From positions 20,664 through 84,663 of the forward strand of contig CAIPTO010000083.1 in NCBI GenBank assembly GCA_903867985.1: DNA of 64,000 nucleotides. The letters are read 5' to 3'. Below, one piece after another: positions 62,725 through 64,000 of the stretch (within the stretch, counting starts at the first letter, position 1; each line of letters begins with the position of its first letter). The notes under the pieces are model-generated. The model saw nothing but the letters and a program-made list of their open reading frames with translations, did no database searches and was not told where the DNA came from. Source of the DNA: an uncultured Elusimicrobia bacterium (GTDB lineage Bacteria; Elusimicrobiota; Elusimicrobia; Elusimicrobiales; UBA9959). A program made the position numbers and the translations under genes.

Positions 62725-64000
62725 TTAGAACTTTCCGTTTATTATTTTTTTACCGGTCTCTATGAGCGCTTCCATCCGGGGTTTGGTCGAAGCTTCGGCG
62801 TATATTCTTATTGTCGGATCAGTGTCTGAAGGTCGCAGACCCATCCAGCTGCCGTCCTTCATGATGAATTTGAACCCGTCTGTGTGGTCTATACGCCATA
62901 CCGAGGCACCGGACAGGTTCAGGGGCGGGCGATGAGTGAGCTTTTCAAGCACCGCGGCCAAATTGACGCCCTTATCCACGCACTGGTCAATCCTGGAATT
63001 GACAAAATTACCTACTTTCCTGTTAAGCTCGGCCAGTATTTTCTTTATGGGCCTGCGTTCATAAGCGACCATTTCCGCCATAAGCAAACAGGCAAGGATG
63101 CCGTCCTGCTCCGGAGCGTGTCCCATTATCGAGAGCCCGCCGGACTCTTCGCCGCCGATCAGATATTGGCCTGTGCGCAGCAGATTTCCTACGTGTTTGA
63201 AGCCCACGGGTGTCTCCCTTACGGTCAGGCCGTACTGCCGTCCGACCGCGTCGGCGAAATGGGAGGTCATGAGCGACCGCGCAATCTTGCCTTTAAAACC
63301 GCGATTCTTCACCAGGTGTTCGAGTGCGAGTCCAAACACCAGGTTGGGGGAGATCCAGGTTCCGTCTGAATCAATGATCCCGAAACTGTCGGCGTCGCAA
63401 TTACAGGCCAGACCGAGGTTCAGCCGGTTCTTTACAACTGCTGTTTTAAGCTCTCTGAGGTTCTCTTCGGCAGTGTCCGGCGCGCGGCTGCCGAAAAGCA
63501 CGTCTCTGGTCTCCCGTAAGGGGATAACTTTCGCGCCTAGTTTTTCAAGCGCGGGACGCAAATAGGTGCGGGCGGCGCCATAAACGGAATCCGCCGCGAC
63601 TTTTAATCCGGCTTTCTTTATGGCTGAGGAGTCCAACAGGGAATAAAGTTGCTTAAAATAGTTTTCGTGAAAATCCAGAACCTTGATGACGCCGGCGGAT
63701 ACCGCGTGGTCAAACGGCAGAAACTTTTCTGATTCGGCGATAGTCAGGCTCTGTATCCTGGCTTCCAGGTCGTCCGTTACTTCAGGCAGGGCGGGACCGC
63801 CCCAGTATGGCATCCACTTGAAACCGTTATAGTGGGCCGGGTCGTTGCCGGCGGTTATTACGAGGCCGCCGGCAGCGAAGGTTTTCATAACCGTACAGGC
63901 GACTGCGGGCGCGGGCGTCTCCATATTGGAAAACAGGACCGTAAGTCCCTCGGCGGCGAAAGCTTCCGCTACATTCCTGGCGAATTCCTCTGAGAGATAT
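62725..64000 (-). CDS. alpha-D-phosphohexomutase (PGM/PMM)-like protein, 5' end outside the window, catalytic serine motif degenerate
   Basis: The reading frame stays open upstream of the called Met to the window edge (...YLSEEFARNVAEAFAAEGLTVLFSNMETP...). Sugar loop GGEESGG and phosphate loop RPSDTDP are present. The active-site loop reads ITAGNDPAHYNGFKW instead of T(A/G)SHNP. Confidence 0.75.
   Translation of the reverse strand, partial: YLSEEFARNVAEAFAAEGLTVLFSNMETPAPAVACTVMKTFAAGGLVITAGNDPAHYNGFKWMPYWGGPALPEVTDDLEARIQSLTIAESEKFLPFDHAVSAGVIKVLDFHENYFKQLYSLLDSSAIKKAGLKVAADSVYGAARTYLRPALEKLGAKVIPLRETRDVLFGSRAPDTAEENLRELKTAVVKNRLNLGLACNCDADSFGIIDSDGTWISPNLVFGLALEHLVKNRGFKGKIARSLMTSHFADAVGRQYGLTVRETPVGFKHVGNLLRTGQYLIGGEESGGLSIMGHAPEQDGILACLLMAEMVAYERRPIKKILAELNRKVGNFVNSRIDQCVDKGVNLAAVLEKLTHRPPLNLSGASVWRIDHTDGFKFIMKDGSWMGLRPSDTDPTIRIYAEASTKPRMEALIETGKKIINGKF

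Overview
This is a 64 kb chromosomal segment of roughly 50-60% G+C (judged by eye). It comes from a diderm, probably uncultivated, bacterium: LptD-like, Pal/CpoB/TolB, Lgt and PorV-like genes are all present. I cannot assign a phylum from the sequence alone. About 50 genes sit in eight alternating strand blocks, and most are housekeeping: smc, trxA, polA, coaE, rho, rpmE, prfA-prmC-murA, folC, tdk, valS, nusB-ligA, tdh-kbl, rluD-lgt and ftsB-eno. I found no rRNA, tRNA or CRISPR array. Four things stand out. (1) A four-gene plus-strand locus at 29.7-43.1 kb lies behind a perfect consensus sigma70 promoter. It encodes a secreted FecR-domain protein, a beta-barrel OMP, a roughly 3100 aa surface protein and a PorV/PorQ-like barrel. 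The giant protein has three FN3-like cap plus SBBP beta-propeller modules, at least six CarboxypepD_reg-like domains and a T9SS-type PNPF C-terminal domain. No core T9SS gene is visible in the window. (2) Nearly every intergenic spacer is built from degenerate 7-8 nt tandem 'words', usually followed by the reverse-complement words. The vocabulary is shared between distant loci, and some arrays are canonical G-quadruplex motifs. (3) A GC-rich IpdC/PDC-type TPP decarboxylase gene is bracketed by perfect 47 bp direct repeats. The left copy is the 3' end of a highly structured GC-rich element. (4) Several housekeeping paralogs have degenerate catalytic motifs: a PGM/PMM-like protein lacking the phosphoserine, and a PurH-like protein lacking cyclohydrolase motifs. 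All functional calls come from motif recognition by eye; no database search was run.
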